Made by a program: the position numbers and the translations under genes. A DNA stretch of 39,476 nucleotides from a virus (lineage: Duplodnaviria > Caudoviricetes): positions 1 to 39,476 of the IMG/VR virus record IMGVR_UViG_3300033135_000167, one strand, 5' to 3'. Under the pieces are notes generated by a model, which was not told the DNA's origin, searched no databases, and saw nothing but the letters and a program-made list of their open reading frames with translations. Shown piece by piece: positions 36,906 through 39,476 of this stretch (within the stretch, counting starts at the first letter, position 1; every line of letters starts with the position of its first letter).

Positions 36906-38884
36906 TGGGATTACCACTACTATCTGGAAAAGTTGGAGTAGTATCATTTGCTGGATTATCTACCAGTAGAATTCAGATTGTTGGTGGCGAAAAAACTTTT
37001 TTAAGTTTGGGGGAATGTGAACCTAATTTAAACTTACCAGGAAATAATAATTATATTCTTTTTAGTGATGTATTTGGTAATAGATATTGGGGTCCATTAA
37101 CACCTGCTGGATCTGTTGATGGTATTACTGTTGAATCGGAAGGGACTGCTCCTGTTGGATTTGGTGGATCAATTACTATAATAAATTTTAAAGGTAATGG
37201 TGTAGATACTGATCAAACAATACAAACCATAGGTGGAGTAGAAGTTGGTGTAGCGACAGTTAATATACAAAGAGCAGTAAATGATATTCAAGATGCTAAT
37301 GCATTTACGCCAATTTCAGGTGTAACAACTTTTAGAATCGGAGCAGGTTTAACTTTTTATTCTCCATCTTCAGGTATAGTTTCATTTAGAGGTGTTCCTG
37401 ATAGTAACCTCAATATGAATGATGACAGAGGATTACAAAATCTTACTGAAATTGACACTTTAACAATAGGAGCAGGTTTATCAATATTTGAGAGTCCTAC
37501 AAGAACTGGTGTAATATCTGTGACTGGTAATATGAACAGTCTCAACATAACAAATACTGGAATCGCAACACTTTCTTATACTAATGCCTTAAATCTTGTT
37601 GTATCAGGTATTACGACAGCATCACAATTTCAAGGAAATTTACTTGGAGATGTTACTGGTAATGTAACAGGAAATGTTTCTGGAACTGCAGGTGGTTTAA
37701 CAGGGAATCCAGATATTACTGTAAACAATATTAACTCAACTGGAATAAACACTCTCGGTCAATTAACTGCACTAGGTTTTTCAATATCTGGAGTTACAAC
37801 TTTGACTCAGATAGAGTCAAGCACTATTAATAATACAGGAATAATTACTTCCACTAATGGAATAATTTCAATTAACAATTCATTTATGGGTAATTTGAGA
37901 TCGTTAGGGATATCTACGGTCACATATTTACAGGGAACAAATGGAAACTTTAGTGGTCTTGTCACTGCATCTCAATTTGTGGGTGAAGTTCAAGGTAATA
38001 TATTAGGAATTTTAACAGGTCGTGCTAATGGTCAATTAGAAGGGGAAGTATTTTCAACAGGTATTAATACATTAGGTTTTGCAAGAATGTCTACCGCATT
38101 TGTTTCTGGGGTAGGGACTTTTAATGGTCAAATTGATGGTAATGGAGGTGCAGATATCTCTGGTGGAGAGACAGTATTAAGTTCGTTATCTGTTGCTGAC
38201 ATAACTAGTGATCATATTCTATACTCTGATGGTGGGAGCATAGTTGGTAGTTCAAATTTAATTTTTAATGATTACACTTTAGATGTAAATCAAATTAATT
38301 CTGTTGGATTTCTTACTGCAAGTAATTTAGGTGTTGGTAATATAGCAACAACAAGAAACTTTATAGCATGGGGTATAGGTACTGCATATAATAGAGTGGA
38401 CGTGAGAAGTAATGATGGATCTGCAGGTAGAATTGATTACTATTGTGAAGTAAGTAATCAACACTACACTAGAGTTCAAGCAGCACCACATTCACTTTAC
38501 TCAGGAAATGTTGTTGCCACACTTCCAGTAAAAAGTGGTGATGTTATCGTAGGTGACACTGCAGGAGCAATAGATCAGAATATTCATACTAGTGGTATTA
38601 TAACTGCCTCAACATTTTCAGGTACTAATCTTACTGTTGATAGTCAATCAACATTTAGTGGTCATTTATTACCTAGTGCACATAACTCCTATGATATTGG
38701 ATCTGATTCAGTCAGGTGGAGAAATGCATATGTTGCTGATATGCACTTTAGTAATAAAAATGCAGATTCAAACTGTGTGGATGGCACAACTGGCGACTGG
38801 ACATTACAAGAGGGAGAAAATGATATATTCATGATAAATAATATCACAAAGAAAAAATATAAAATAAATCTCACCGAGGTATAA
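36905..38884 (+). CDS. Tail fibre-like protein
   Basis: GIxT/GNxxG repeats; YDIGS...RWRN.Y..D..DGT.GDWT.QEGE C-terminus. Confidence 0.8.
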   Translation: MGLPLLSGKVGVVSFAGLSTSRIQIVGGEKTFLSLGECEPNLNLPGNNNYILFSDVFGNRYWGPLTPAGSVDGITVESEGTAPVGFGGSITIINFKGNGVDTDQTIQTIGGVEVGVATVNIQRAVNDIQDANAFTPISGVTTFRIGAGLTFYSPSSGIVSFRGVPDSNLNMNDDRGLQNLTEIDTLTIGAGLSIFESPTRTGVISVTGNMNSLNITNTGIATLSYTNALNLVVSGITTASQFQGNLLGDVTGNVTGNVSGTAGGLTGNPDITVNNINSTGINTLGQLTALGFSISGVTTLTQIESSTINNTGIITSTNGIISINNSFMGNLRSLGISTVTYLQGTNGNFSGLVTASQFVGEVQGNILGILTGRANGQLEGEVFSTGINTLGFARMSTAFVSGVGTFNGQIDGNGGADISGGETVLSSLSVADITSDHILYSDGGSIVGSSNLIFNDYTLDVNQINSVGFLTASNLGVGNIATTRNFIAWGIGTAYNRVDVRSNDGSAGRIDYYCEVSNQHYTRVQAAPHSLYSGNVVATLPVKSGDVIVGDTAGAIDQNIHTSGIITASTFSGTNLTVDSQSTFSGHLLPSAHNSYDIGSDSVRWRNAYVADMHFSNKNADSNCVDGTTGDWTLQEGENDIFMINNITKKKYKINLTEV

Positions 38885-38887
38885 ATA
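38880..38887 (+). promoter_or_regulatory. T4 late promoter (TATAAATA)
   Basis: Exact consensus, 25 nt upstream of ATG 38913. Confidence 0.7.
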
Positions 38888-38912
38888 AATTTAAATAGAA
38901 AAAAATGTTCCA

Positions 38913-39476
38913 ATGTCACGAGCTAGAGAATTAGCAAAGGTCGGAGGTAAAAACCAACAGATTATAGCAGGTCTATCCTCTCACGTTGGAGTTTCCACAT
39001 TTGCTGAAGACGTTTTCATGTATAGTGACCTTGAAGTTCAAGGCACAACAACATTTTCTGGTGGTACACTTACTCTCGGAAATGCAAATACAGATAATGT
39101 TGTATTCGGTGGAGAAGTTGATAGTAATATAATTCCCGATGATGATGGTACATATGATCTAGGATCTTCGTCCAAAGAATGGAAGGATCTTTTTATTGAT
39201 GGTACAGCACACATCGATACGTTAGACGTTGACGCAAACGCAGGTATAATTGGCGATTTAACTGTAACTGGTACTGCAACTTTCAATACTGCATTAGCAA
39301 ACAGTAATTTAGCAAACAGTTCAGTATCTTATGGTGGTGTTTCATTATCATTAGGTGGATCAGACTCAACTCCAGCGTTCGATCTTCAAGATGCAACAGG
39401 TTATCCAACTTCAAGTTTAACTGGTACTATAACCAATGCTCAACTAGCAGGTTCTATCGCTAACGATAAACTCGCT
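38913..39476 (+). CDS. Tail fibre-like protein, N-terminal part (runs off the window; not in ORF track)
   Basis: MSRARELAKVGG..IIPDDDGTYDLGSSSKEWKDLFIDG..GSIANDKLA, open to the window end. Confidence 0.85.
   Translation, partial: MSRARELAKVGGKNQQIIAGLSSHVGVSTFAEDVFMYSDLEVQGTTTFSGGTLTLGNANTDNVVFGGEVDSNIIPDDDGTYDLGSSSKEWKDLFIDGTAHIDTLDVDANAGIIGDLTVTGTATFNTALANSNLANSSVSYGGVSLSLGGSDSTPAFDLQDATGYPTSSLTGTITNAQLAGSIANDKLA

Noticed and set aside
1672-39286. Short antisense or alternate-frame ORFs in the track (e.g. 1672-1872, 5338-5583, 8727-8909, 16127-16405, 21221-21646, 22483-22797, 33319-33516, 39038-39286)
   Set aside because: They shadow well-supported genes, lack motifs, and look like translations of the opposite strand or another frame.
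1-39476. tRNA, rRNA, introns or inteins
   Set aside because: Intergenic gaps are short and show no cloverleaf by eye, and the core genes have normal lengths. tRNAscan-SE or Infernal would be needed to exclude these formally.

Overview
AT-rich segment of a T4-like cyanomyovirus (Kyanoviridae-type). A Prochlorococcus/Synechococcus host is inferred from CP12, an NtcA box and a glutamine riboswitch with a DUF4278-like gene. The left 15.6 kb holds core genes (glutaredoxin, phoH, Cas4-like exonuclease, gp33, gp59, gp32) interleaved with many modification enzymes: 2OG-Fe(II) oxygenases, a split carbamoyltransferase, three radical SAM proteins, a PRMT-like methyltransferase, two SGNH-like proteins, two glycosyltransferase-like paralogs and a sulfotransferase. 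The right 24 kb is the tail/baseplate module (gp53, gp48, gp2, gp4, gp54-like, gp26, gp51, gp27-like, gp5, large fibre proteins) with CP12 embedded in it. The most striking observation is a glnA-type glutamine riboswitch whose halves are about 190 nt apart because a complete 63-codon ORF forms the loop of stem P2. That ORF's start codon and stop-codon region form the two strands of P2. The element sits under an NtcA box and upstream of an unlisted YRG-repeat (DUF4278-like) peptide. All protein calls come from motif recognition and synteny by eye; no database searches were run.
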